NCBI RefSeq assembly: GCF_001194135.2
Contig: NC_068998.1
Location: forward strand, 27,865,737-27,929,736
Direction of reading: 5' to 3'
Origin: Octopus bimaculoides
Lineage: Eukaryota
Length of the DNA: 64,000 bases
Below the pieces are notes generated by a model that worked only from the letters and a program-made list of their open reading frames with translations, had not been told where the DNA came from and did not search any database. Positions 52,215-64,000 of the stretch are shown here, one piece after another (the stretch's first letter is position 1; the number at the start of each line of letters is the position of its first letter). Made by a program: the position numbers and the translations under genes.

Positions 52215-53715
52215 CTTAAACAAAGGCAACAGGTAGGATAGCCATTTGTAAATGAGTTGAAGCGTGCCTACTTCCAATATGAGACAATGTAAACTGATAC
52301 CTTTTTCTCAGCTGGATGATGAACTGGTGAAAACTGATTACTTTGTGATTGAGATCTCTCGGGAGTTTTTGGAGCGAAATTGTTTTCTCCCTCATTACCA
52401 GATTTTTTTGTTCATAAAACGATTGCACGAGCCTACTGTTGCTTTAAAATCTCTACTTTCTTCTGTATATGATTTAACCCATTTTAGGGCATAAGATCTT
52501 ATTTTATTTCACGTTACAATGTAGCCATCTTGTCTCTGCTGGAGTCCAATTCTGCTACGTCCTTTTCCAACTTCGGCCAACGAATGCTTCCTCTTCTCAT
52601 TGCACATGTTTGTTCGGGCATTTGTTTTAATTCTTACTCATTCTTTCTCCACTCTCATTCCAACTTCTCGGTAACATCGAATGTTCTAGCAGCAGCACAA
52701 TTGTTCCATAACATCCAATTTGAAACTAGCCGCATATTTTCTTCTTTTTGCTGGTGGTTGCATATTGATATGAGTATAAAATAATTATAAATTTCACTTG
52801 ACGAGACAGTTTGTGATTTCATATGAAGATCGGTGGTTTCCCTTTTAGGCATAGTGTATAGGAAAAACATGATATAGAACCGTTTTTGTCTTTATTGGTA
52901 AATGTTAGGATATATGCAGTATATATTGGATATAAATATATAAAGGGTAAAAGTTATTAAAGGTAATAATTTATACTAGTGGCCAGCATGCGTAAAAAAT
53001 TGTCTGTAGACCATAAAATATTTTTATAATAAAACATCAATTACACACTGAGAGGATGACCACTAAGTGGTCTCCTAACATGCTGAAAAGAGATGCCAAA
53101 TCACCAAACCACGAAAAATACATTCTTAGCACATTGACTGTAGGCGGGCAAGACAATTTGAAAAAATTAAAAAGACCGGTTAATTCTGTACTCCGAAGTT
53201 TTACCATTAATAATTAATAAAATTATCTGTGGATCTTCAGTAGAACCTGCTGGGGATGTATAATTATAAAACTCAAATACATACCATATCAAAAGGATAC
53301 ACGTGCATATCGAGTGTTATCGTTTATATTTTGTGAATAGAAAAAGAAGAGGAGGAAGAAGAAACAGCGGAAAAATCAGTATTTGCAAGAGATCAGCTGA
53401 TGAAACATAAACAAAACAATGGTTCCCTTTTAGGCGACGTGTGTATGCAAAAACATGATATAGAAACAGATTTGTTATTTCGTTTATTTTAATATCTAAG
53501 GATATAGTAGGTAAAAAAAGACATTTCTAATAATATCATCTTCATATGACTAATATTTCAAAAGATACCTGTTGCTGCAAAAGCTAGCCTGTACACAGAT
53601 GGTTTTGGAATTTAGCATTTGTCTTATGCTGCAGATATGAGATTAAATTCATGAATCTTTTACAAATTTTGACCTCGTCTTATCTAAAGGTCGTCTTATA
53701 CACGGAAATATTCGG
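52215..53715 (-). mobile_element. pogo/Tigger-like DNA transposon 5' part (DNA-binding region, one TIR)
   Basis: Minus-strand TA|CCGAATATTTCCGTGTATAAGACGAC terminus; KYAASFKLDV..NCAAARTFDV, WPKLEKDVAE, FKATVGSCNRFM..KTISLQKLP..LSHIG; DDE domain absent. Confidence 0.82.
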
Positions 53716-54757
53716 TATATATATTTATGTATGTGTATATATATATATATGTATATATACCAAATGATAAGAAGACAAAATTCTTTAAGACATCTTTAAT
53801 GATTCATTATTCTTTGTCTTATTATTATTTGAATTATTTACCATTCGCCAAACTCATTTTACGATGTGAACGTCGTGAAACAAAGATTTTCTACACCAGA
53901 GGAATTCCGGCATTGGCCTGGAATCCGATAATGGTGATAGCCCAGTATTCTCGTTGAGTACTTCTCTGGAAACACCCTAACGTTACACCCTACCAGAACG
54001 TAAGATTATATATATNNNNNNNNNNNNNNNNNNNNNNNNNNNNNNNNNNNNNNNNNNNNNNNNNNNNNNNNNNNNNNNNNNNNNNNNNNNNNNNNNNNNN
54101 NNNNNNNNNNNNNNNNNNNNNNNNNNNNNNNNNNNNNNNNNNNNNNNNNNNNNNNNNNNNNNNNNNNNNNNNNNNNNNNNNNNNNNNNNNNNNNNNNNNN
54201 NNNNNNNNNNNNNNNNNNNNNNNNNNNNNNNNNNNNNNNNNNNNNNNNNNNNNNNNNNNNNNNNNNNNNNNNNNNNNNNNNNNNNNNNNNNNNNNNNNNN
54301 NNNNNNNNNNNNNNNNNNNNNNNNNNNNNNNNNNNNNNNNNNNNNNNNNNNNNNNNNNNNNNNNNNNNNNNNNNNNNNNNNNNNNNNNNNNNNNNNNNNN
54401 NNNNNNNNNNNNNNNNNNNNNNNNNNNNNNNNNNNNNNNNNNNNNNNNNNNNNNNNNNNNNNNNNNNNNNNNNNNNNNNNNNNNNNNNNNNNNNNNNNNN
54501 NNNNNNNNNNNNNNNNNNNNNNNNNNNNNNNNNNNNNNNNNNNNNNNNNNNNNNNNNNNNNNNNNNNNNNNNNNNNNNNNNNNNNNNNNNNNNNNNNNNN
54601 NNNNNNNNNNNNNNNNNNNNNNNNNNNNNNNNNNNNNNNNNNNNNNNNNNNNNNNNNNNNNNNNNNNNNNNNNNNNNNNNNNNNNNNNNNNNNNNNNNNN
54701 NNNNNNNNNNNNNNNNNNNNNNNNNNNNNNNNNNNNNNNNNNNNNNNNNNNNNNNNN

Positions 54758-54955
54758 GTGTGTGTGTGTCCCAACATCGCTTGACAACCGATGCTGGTGT
54801 GTTTACGTCCCCGTAACTTAGCGGTTCGGCGGAAGAGACCGATAGAATAAGTACTAAGCTTACAAAGAATAAGTCCTGGGGTCGATTTCTTCGACTAAAA
54901 GGCGGTGCTCCAGCATGGCCGCAGTCAAATGACTGAAACAAGTAAAAGAGTAAAA
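54758..54955 (+). mobile_element. SINE 3' half (GT-containing family), little diverged
   Basis: CATCGCTTGACAACCGATGCTGG..GACTGAAACAAGTAAAAGAGTAAAAGAG. Confidence 0.9.
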
Positions 54956-54973
54956 GAGTGTATATATGTGTGT

Positions 54974-55014
<41 letters not shown>

Positions 55015-55357
55015 CATGTATATTGATACATACACATACATGCATATATATATAAGCATAAACACACACACACACACACACATACAAGCAAACAAACGCA
55101 CATATGTGTGAGTCCCTGTGTACGTATTTATGTTTATGTTCTTTTATGCTTTGTATTCTTGAAATTCAATTAAGAAATAAAGCAATCCGGGAAAGCAGTG
55201 CTCCAGTCTGGCTGCTGTCTAATACCTGAAATGAATATCTCCATTATTGAAACTAAAGATAAAATGTAGTTAAAGGGGAATAAGTACGTCAATCTATAAA
55301 CAATTATCGTAAGAATACTATTATTTTCCAACACAATCAAACACATACAAATACAGA

Positions 55358-55520
55358 TGCGTCGGCGCGGTCGTGTGGTAAGATGTTTGCCACCCAACCA
55401 CAAGGTTCCGTGATCAGTCTCACCGCGTGACACCTTGAGCAAGTGTCTATTACTATATCTTCGGCCCAACCAAAGCCTTGCGAATGGATTTGGTAGAACG
55501 AAACGTAAAAGGAGCATGAC
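55358..55520 (+). mobile_element. SINE head (GT-containing family)
   Basis: GCGCGGTCGTGTGGTAAG..GACACCTTGAGCAAGTGTC..CCAAAGCCTTG. Confidence 0.8.
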
Positions 55521-55523
55521 ATA

Positions 55524-55596
<73 letters not shown>

Positions 55597-55600
<4 letters not shown>

Positions 55601-55800
55601 TTACTTGTTTCAGTCATTTTACGGCTGCCACACTGGAGTACTGCCTTTAGTCGAGCAAATCGACCTCAGGGCTTATTCTTTGTAAGCCTACTACTTATTC
55701 TATCGGTCTCTCTTACCGATGCGCTAGATTACGGGGACGTGAATACACCAACATTGGATGTCAAGCGATGGTGGAGTGCGGGATAAACACGGACACAAAA
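55597..55800 (-). mobile_element. SINE 3' half, inverted relative to 54758-54955
   Basis: ACTTTTACTTGTTTCAGTCATT..AATCGACC..TTATTCTTTGTAAGC..TTACGGGGACGT. Confidence 0.85.
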
Positions 55801-55804
55801 ATAT

Positions 55805-55955
55805 ATGCACCTTTATTTTCTCTCTCTCTGTTTATTTTTGTGTCCGTTTCTGTTGAAGAGCGTCGGCTCGAAACGTAAAAGACTTTCTCACTTCCCGAGC
55901 GACCTGTCTTCGTCTTTTGTTTCGTTTGCTCTTTTGTAAATTCCAACTTTATATA
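55805..55955 (+). mobile_element. Solo Penelope pseudo-LTR fragment with CUGUUGA hammerhead variant; same family as 29490-29750
   Basis: CTGTTGA(55850-56)-A-GAGC-gtcg-GCTC-GAAA-CGT-A, followed by ACTTTCTCAC.TTCCCGAGC and TCTTCGTCTTTTGTTT, as at 29625-29740. Confidence 0.7.
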
Positions 55956-56209
55956 TAGTAGAAGACATTTCCCCAAGGTGCCACGCAGACCACACAGTCA
56001 CCCCCTTGAGTCACGTCATTGAGTTGCGGTCATTTTGGAGCATCGCCTCGGAAGGTTAAATCGAACAAACCGACTCCAGTACTTATGTTTGTAAGCCTGA
56101 CACTATCGGTCTCTTTCGCTATGTGACGAGGATATAATAATAATAATAATCAAGCGGTGGTGGGGGACAAATACATACACAAGGGCACACAACACACGCG
56201 CGATCGCGC

Positions 56210-56289
<80 letters not shown>

Positions 56290-56534
56290 TTGCTTCAGTC
56301 ATTAGTCTGCAGTCATGGTGGGCACCGCCTATTTGTCGAATCGACCCCAGAATTTTCTCTAGCCTGGTATTTATTCTATAATTTTTTTGCTGAACCATTA
56401 GGTTATGAGGACGTAAACACACGAACACCAGTTGTCAAGCGCAAATGGGGGACAAAGATACAGAAACATTTTTTTCTCTCCAAGTCCAAGGACTGCAGCC
56501 ATGCTGGGGTACCGTCGTTTACTTAGCTACACTT

Positions 56535-59350
56535 TCACGAAACCTCCTCTGACATTTGATGGATGTAGGGAGTTTGACGTTGCTCCCCTAATCGATGTTT
56601 CTTGCCTAGAGGTAGGTTCATCTGGAACTCTTGACAGAAGGAGATCTAGTTTTGCTTTGAAAGAGTCTACATCCACGCCATGCAGGTCTCTCAGAATATT
56701 GAAGAGCTATGGGCCTTTGAAGCCCAAGCTGTTGCATATCTGGTCCTGTATCCTGATGGCAATGTTGGGAACTTTGGTGCCATGAAGTAGCACCCCGTCC
56801 TGCTGTTTGTGTAAGTAACAATGCCAAAGTTTGGGACAAGTTTTTCTAGGATTTTCCAGATGTGTAGTAACTGCATATCTTTCCCGCTAGGGAGTAGAGT
56901 CTTAACTCTTTCAGTCTCTCCCAGTAGCTGATATGTCGCATTGTATCGAGCTTTCTTGTGCAGCTTCGATGGGTCACCTCGAGATCCATCGTTAATTTTA
57001 CATTGATTGGTGGCCACAGCTGGGAGTAGTAATCCAGACGGCTGAGAACGAAAGTCCTCCATAGGAGCATCATGGTTTCCTTTTCTCTTGTTTTGAAATT
57101 TCGAAGGATCCACCCGGCCACACGTCTTCATTTTATTGCCGACTTGTTAATGTGCACCTGGAAAGATGCATAATTACTCATGTCAACGGCCATTGTGTTG
57201 GTAGCGCAGGGCTTGGAGTCTTCCAGTATTAAACTGTATGTTATTTTCCTCAGCCCACCTGTATATTGCTTCCAACACATGTTGCAGATCCACAATGTCT
57301 CCAGGGTTCTGTATCCTCAGAGAGACTTTTGTATCGTCTGCATAGCTAGCAAAAGTAGGTACTTGAGCAGCTGGGGGCATGTCAGGAAGGGCCACTATGA
57401 ATAGCAGGGGCCCCAGGACAGTGCCCTGTGAAACACCACTCATTATTTGTGTTTTCTTGGAGGTGGCCCTATTGACCACCACTACCTGACCACCACTATC
57501 TTTTAGAAGATATCTTTTATTGACCACCACTATCTTTTAGAAAGTCATGTAGCCATTCTCCAAGTTTTCCAAATATGCCAAGATTTCGGAGCTTGTGACA
57601 AACTATACCTCGATCGACTTTGTCAAAGGCTTTTGCAAAGTCGAGGTATATCACGTCCACATTTGAGTTGGTGGGCAGCTGCTTTAGCACGCAGTCGTAA
57701 TGCTGCAGGAGCTGTGTCGGGCAGTTTCTACCAGATCGAAAACCATGCTGGGTGTCAGTCAGAAAGTCATTTTCTTGAAGGAATGCGAAGAGTTTCTTGC
57801 GGACTATTCGTTCCATGACTTCGATGATGCATGAGGTCAGAGAGATAGTCCTATAGATTTTAGCATCTGCTCAGCTTCCTCCTTTATGGATAGAGCATAT
57901 TATTCCGTCCTTTAGTTTATCCGGGAGCTTACCATTTGCGAGGAAACTCTAAAAAAGTAGTTGCAATGGGTTTTCAAGGACTCGTTTGCATGACTTGGGA
58001 AAGACTGCTGGGAATTCATCAGGGCCAGCAGCAGAGTTTGCGTCTGTATCATCTCTTGCTAGCATTACATCTTTTTCTTCGATGATCTAAACAATTGTTA
58101 CTGCCTCCAGTTCAGCTTCTGTAGTAGTAAAGAATTCTACAGGTTTGCTAACTTACATGTGCCGTAGAGGTGGAGTGAAGACACTTTTGAACTGTTCATT
58201 CAGTGTTTCAATTATCCTCATTGGGTTTCCCGTGAGGAGCCATCTTTTTGGAGGAGAGGCCTTACCCTGTAATGCATAGACGTAGTCTCCTTGGCGTACC
58301 TAAAGAAGGCTTTAGGGTCTGATTTTATATTTCTCATGACCCAGACTCCTCTGTCTGATCTTTCCTTCTCGTGGGACTGCTTCAGTTGTTTCTCAATCTC
58401 CAGCAGTGATGTTTCCAGGCGGGCATTCCCACTGCCGTTGAGATCTCTGTCGAGGTGGTTTGCAATCTTTGTACGCCGTTTCATAAGAACTTTCCTCTTC
58501 CTGGGAATCTTGTTTTTATGTGCAGTGTCTCTCTGAGACAAAATTGTAGTATATGGCTTGCATTACAGACATGAATGTTTTCAATTTCATGTCTATGTCA
58601 GGTGTAGAGAGACATTGGGACCAGTCCTGTTTAATGATCTCTTTCACAATCGATTTCCAGTCTGCTTTGTTGTAGTTCAGATTGGATAGGTTTTGGGTGC
58701 TTTTCATAGGCTGCATGTCTGTAGGTTCCTTTGGTCTATACATGATCAGCTCTATTATGTTGTGATCCGAGATTAAAGTCAGTGTCACTTTCACATTGTG
58801 GATGAGATCCACATTGTTTGTGAGGCAGAGATCAAGTATATTATTTGCCCTAGTTGGTTGGAGTATTATTTGCTTCTTTTATAAATTGTTGGTGAGGTTG
58901 AGGAGGGATTCCACCTGACTTTGCTCACATCACGTCATTCCTGAGAGGAAAAGGCCTTCGGGCCATTTCACATTGGGCAGGTTGAAGTCTCCCATGAGAA
59001 GTACACTGATGCGTGCTTCTATTTTGGTTAAGACCTCTTTTATTCTTGCAAGGTAGTCTTTGAATAGGCCCGTGTGATTTGGGGCATCTGGTGGGTGATA
59101 TGTAAAACATATAACTATCTCAAATTGTCTTGTATGTACAAGTAGTGTGTCACACACTGAGTTTGAGTGTGACAAAAAGATCTGGGGTATGAGATCTTCA
59201 CGGATGTACGTTGCAACTCCACCGTGGCTCCTGTCTTTTCTATCACTTTGCAATACGACGTACTTTGGTAAGTGTATTTCTGCATCTGCGATGTCGAGTT
59301 TTAAGTGCATTTCAGTGAGTGCTCTGCATAAGGATTGATTGCATATCACT
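56535..59350 (-). mobile_element. CR1-clade LINE, most of ORF2 (APE plus RT), frameshifted
   Basis: ALTEMHL..DRKDRSHGGVATYI..MGDFNLP; QHGFRSGR..VDVIYLDFAKAFDKV; SGVSQGTVLGPLLF..YADDTK; FVLSRLDYYSQLWPP. Confidence 0.93.
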
Positions 59351-59424
59351 AGGTCTCTCGAGAAGGTAATTTAAGTTCTGTTACTGAGTTGCAACAGTCC
59401 TCTCTCACACACACTCTCTCTCTC

Positions 59425-59524
<100 letters not shown>

Positions 59525-60084
59525 CGTATACATATAATGGGCTTCTTTCAGTTTCCGTCTGCCAGATCCACTCAGAAGGCTTTGATTGGCCTGAGGCTAT
59601 AGCAGAAGACAATAAAAGAATGAAGATATTACTTTATCAAGTCTAAAAAAATATTTAAGTAGTTAAAGGGAAGTAACTACTATTCCTTTACATGGTTTAT
59701 GACTATAGTTATTTCCCACTCAATATAAATAGATGTTTATATAATCATGCATGCATGCACGCACACGCACACGCACACGCACACGCACACATACGCGCAC
59801 GCGACTTGGACACCTTAGATTTTGGCCATATTGGGTGCAGGCTGAAAAGCACTGCCGTCAGGTTTTAGGTCATCATAGTCCATTCAATTAGGGTATTGTT
59901 TGACAACATATGTATAGGTGCTAATATTTTGGCTGGTATTTCTGAGAGGAATTTGTTTGAGCGATATGAAATCCATTTCTTGTTTGATTAGTTTCGGAAT
60001 AATGTCGATAAAGCAGTTCCGGTTGAAGTAAAATTTAAGTTGCGTTTCAATGTTATGAGCTCGATTTTTGTCCAAGCCTTGGGT

Positions 60085-60590
60085 GACTTGCGTAATTGAT
60101 AGCGGCATCTTACCTGTTTAATTCTCCTTTCACAACAATGCAAAATTACAATCCATACACCAGCATAATATAATCTACTCTTCACTTAGAGAAAGAGAAT
60201 CCCTTTGTTTTGAGTAGAGGGCACAACTCCGTAACCCTTTTCCGTACTTACTCTGGTTTTCGAAACACCCACTTTTTCATTGCTGATTAGGTCACCTAGA
60301 AAACAGAAGCTGCTAATTTCTTCTCTGGAACGTTCCAACATTTGAAAGAATTCATTTAATAGGTGCTATTACCGTCACTGCTCTTGTACATCTGCCACAT
60401 ACGAGGTCCTTCTCTGTTATCCTGCCTGTGGTTCCACTAAATCTCATATGTAACCACGTATACATTCGGTACACAGAATAGAATACCTGTCAACATCTTT
60501 TCTGCATATTGAGCATGACCGCGTCTCAGAGTTTTGAATTCTTTCTTTTAGATTTCAAGTATCTAAGTTATGTTTCCATGTTTGGAACTT
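60085..60590 (-). mobile_element. RTE LINE fragment with PHD-like finger in the RT C-terminal region
   Basis: CSICRKDVDRYSILCTEC/WLHMRFSG..LVCGRCT, then FLGDLISNE..PLLKTKGFS..KSRLYYAGV..ILHCCE. Confidence 0.7.
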
Positions 60591-60904
60591 TTAAAAAAAA
60601 ATTTTTTCATTGATCCGGCTATGAGAACTAAGACGTGTGTATACAGGAGTTCTCATAAACATCCGATCTTAAAATCTTCTGTTATAACCGTAAGAATTGT
60701 GGTAAACGGAGCAGGCCGAGAAACTAACCCTAATGAATTTCTACCTGTATACTAGATTACTCACTGAATTCATTGCGAACAAGTATTCTGCAGAAAGTAG
60801 CGTTTACGTGGCTTTCATTACTTTCACGCCATTCATATACATTCATTTTACTTAGCGACCATCTTAATTCTTCACCTTTCTTCATCTAAACCCACCCCAA
60901 CACA

Positions 60905-61453
60905 AATTCACACACACACACACACACACACTTACACACCTTCCCTACACCGTTGCACTCAATACCAACACCACACACACACACACACACACCATTATGC
61001 CCCACAGCATATACAAACACCTACACACACTCACACGCGCATGCACACGCATACACACACATCCTTCCTACTCCACACACACACACCAGCACCCAACACC
61101 TCCCAACCCCTACCTCCTGTCACCCTTATTTCAGCTCGCACCTCAATGCATCCTTCCACAACACACACATACGCCAGATGGTGTCTCACACACACACATA
61201 CAAGCACCCTCACACATATATACACATGTACAAATGCAGAAATATAACACACATATCAACTCCATATATATACACACAGTTTATCCAACAGCCCTATATA
61301 TACACACACCAACTGATAACAGGGACACGCATACTCACTCACATATGTACGCAAGCATAAACGCACAATATTCACACATGAAAACACATTATACACACGC
61401 ACACAACAGTGTCCCTCTCTCTCTCTCTCTCTTTCTCTATCTATCTATCTCTT

Positions 61454-61509
<56 letters not shown>

Positions 61510-61790
61510 GCACACACAAATACACAGAGCACACACGAACACATCGCTCCACACAGCGCACGTACTTGTTTAGGCATCCACATATACACGCAAGCTCCCA
61601 AACATACATACATACATACATACATGCATACATACATACACACACACAGACACACACATACACACATACGTTCACGTAATCTTATACTTGCCCACACTTT
61701 TATACACACACGTCCACATATAGACACATATACACTCACACAACATTCTCGTATACCCACACGCACTTGCGCATATATACTTTAGCCAGG
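60905..61790. repeat. Degenerate CA-rich low-complexity region
   Basis: Direct reading; source of the H/T-rich pseudo-ORFs. Confidence 0.85.
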
Positions 61791-61863
61791 TTATTGTTAT
61801 CTCCCCTCCCATTCAACCACATCCTTCCAGTCAATTCGTTATGTGAAACCGTTAATCCAGAAA

Positions 61864-61911
<48 letters not shown>

Positions 61912-62411
61912 NNNNNNNNNNNNNNNNNNNNNNNNNNNNNNNNNNNNNNNNNNNNNNNNNNNNNNNNNNNNNNNNNNNNNNNNNNNNNNNNNNNNNNNNN
62001 NNNNNNNNNNNNNNNNNNNNNNNNNNNNNNNNNNNNNNNNNNNNNNNNNNNNNNNNNNNNNNNNNNNNNNNNNNNNNNNNNNNNNNNNNNNNNNNNNNNN
62101 NNNNNNNNNNNNNNNNNNNNNNNNNNNNNNNNNNNNNNNNNNNNNNNNNNNNNNNNNNNNNNNNNNNNNNNNNNNNNNNNNNNNNNNNNNNNNNNNNNNN
62201 NNNNNNNNNNNNNNNNNNNNNNNNNNNNNNNNNNNNNNNNNNNNNNNNNNNNNNNNNNNNNNNNNNNNNNNNNNNNNNNNNNNNNNNNNNNNNNNNNNNN
62301 NNNNNNNNNNNNNNNNNNNNNNNNNNNNNNNNNNNNNNNNNNNNNNNNNNNNNNNNNNNNNNNNNNNNNNNNNNNNNNNNNNNNNNNNNNNNNNNNNNNN
62401 NNNNNNNNNNN

Positions 62412-62486
<75 letters not shown>

Positions 62487-62986
62487 ACTATCTGCCAGGC
62501 TCTTATTTAAATCCCTAATGGACCACTTGAATACACACATGCTCTCCAGGGACCGAAAGTAGTATGTTCTGTTTTGCCTAATTTCTCTGTGAGACCCTAT
62601 TCATAATCAATTAACAGTCGCAGATCGATAGCGAAACAACTCTGACAACCATTTTAGAATGGTAAATCCGTAACTAAGCACAGCTGCTTTCACAATCAAT
62701 AAAAAAAATCATATAGCTAGACAACCTGGCTTTCACAATCAATAAATAATAATAGATCTCGTAGGTCCGACAATGAATGAAGTATTTTTAAAAAGAGACA
62801 GGAAACCATGTAGGCATTACAATCTCAAAACAGATTTCATCAGAATTAAGGAATGGTAGATTAGCGGTTAAACATCGCAGAATGGTATATAACAGTAGCC
62901 CGTAGAGATTATTCCTATCTACAAGTGCGATCCCCATGAATGAGAGAGGCGGCTGTTCCAGCGCATCTCCCTCGCCATCGTCCGGG

Positions 62987-63152
62987 CAGGGCCAGCCCTA
63001 AGGTTGCTGGCGCCCGGGGCAAGCTGAACTTCGGCGTGTACAAGTTGACGGTTGTGGAAATTTCTTTGTTTTTGTCACGCCCTCCTTGACGCCCCCTAGC
63101 ACATGGCACCCCGGGCGACTGCCCGAGTTGCCGGTACCTTGAGCCGGCCCTA
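62987..63152. mobile_element. hAT-type MITE with 8-bp TSD
   Basis: TIRs CAGGGCCAGCCCTAAGG and reverse complement TAGGGCCGGCTCAAGG; flanks CGTCCGGG (62979-86) and CTTCCGGG (63153-60). Confidence 0.88.
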
Positions 63153-64000
63153 CTTCCGGGGCAGGACCTTTTCCATTTTGTTTAGTGGGACCATGGGGTG
63201 GTCTGAATTACAGGAAATTGTACGTTCTGCTCCTTAATGTAAAAACACAAAGAATTCTAGATTTAGAAGAAAAGATTAGACAGAAAGACAGTAGCAAAAC
63301 GGCTTTATTGTTATAATGTTTAAAGATGGAAGATCAGTAGCTTTATAACAAAGATTAAAGAACAGCAGATCAGTAACTTTAGCGCGAGTTATGACAAGAC
63401 TTGGTGGCAGTTTATATACACATTTATTGCTTCAATTATACAAGGCTTTAATGAAAAGCAGACAGCATCAAATTATAAGAATATCATATTTATAGGAGTT
63501 GAAAACCGTGATGATTAAACTGATCAGCACATTGCTGCGAAAACGTATGGTGTTGATTCTTCATCATCTCCGAGTTGCTAAATAGCTGTGAAAATAATTA
63601 TCAGGAAAATCGCGCTGGTCTGAGTATGAAGCCGTAAAAACAGACTCAAGAGCAGAATTTGGCTAGGACTGTAGCGAGAGGAGTCCGAATTCTCTCTGCT
63701 TAGTTGTACCAAAAACAACTGTTTAAAATGCCGTCGCTGAAGGAATTTTCTAGAAATATCACGCGATCACTTAACCCTGATTGGTTGAAATTGAGATCTG
63801 CACGCATGATACACTCGAAAATAAAAATGAAGTCAACCGCCATGTAACTAAATAAAACACATCTAATAATTATTAAGTAAGTGGCAAATCAAAATTTGAA
63901 ACATGCCTGTCATTAATGGTTGATTAGCTTCTAAACAAATTTAGGTCTCACAAATATTTTAGAATATGGTAGATCTAAAACTAAATAACGTAGCGTTCAC

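Noticed and set aside
57470-57545. Short partial tandem duplication inside the CR1 RT
   Set aside because: A routine post-insertion lesion.

Overview
AT-rich eukaryotic DNA with ten N-gaps and no intact protein-coding gene, rRNA, true tRNA or CRISPR array. The SINE families and microsatellite load look like Octopus (coleoid cephalopod), judged from recall and not from a search. Most of the window is decayed mobile DNA. It holds seven Dong/R4-type RLE LINE fragments (six chained by TAA arrays in the first 7.7 kb), a HERO-type R2-superfamily element, RTE and CR1/Jockey-type LINEs, and Penelope-like remnants. It also holds hAT, pogo and Helitron remnants, MITEs, at least three tRNA-derived SINE families and many microsatellites. 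Almost every ORF in the supplied track is a broken transposon frame, its antisense, or a microsatellite/N artefact. The most interesting signals are RNA-level: (1) the HERO element is bracketed by two copies of its own 3' end, each containing a hammerhead-like core in non-canonical pseudoknotted order; (2) a Penelope remnant is bracketed by two minimal, dimer-type hammerheads (retrozyme-like); (3) several long fold-back elements and inverted SINE pairs could form dsRNA. Two weak host-exon candidates are noted. All translations, alignments and mismatch counts were done by eye, and boundaries are approximate unless a TSD or TIR is quoted.
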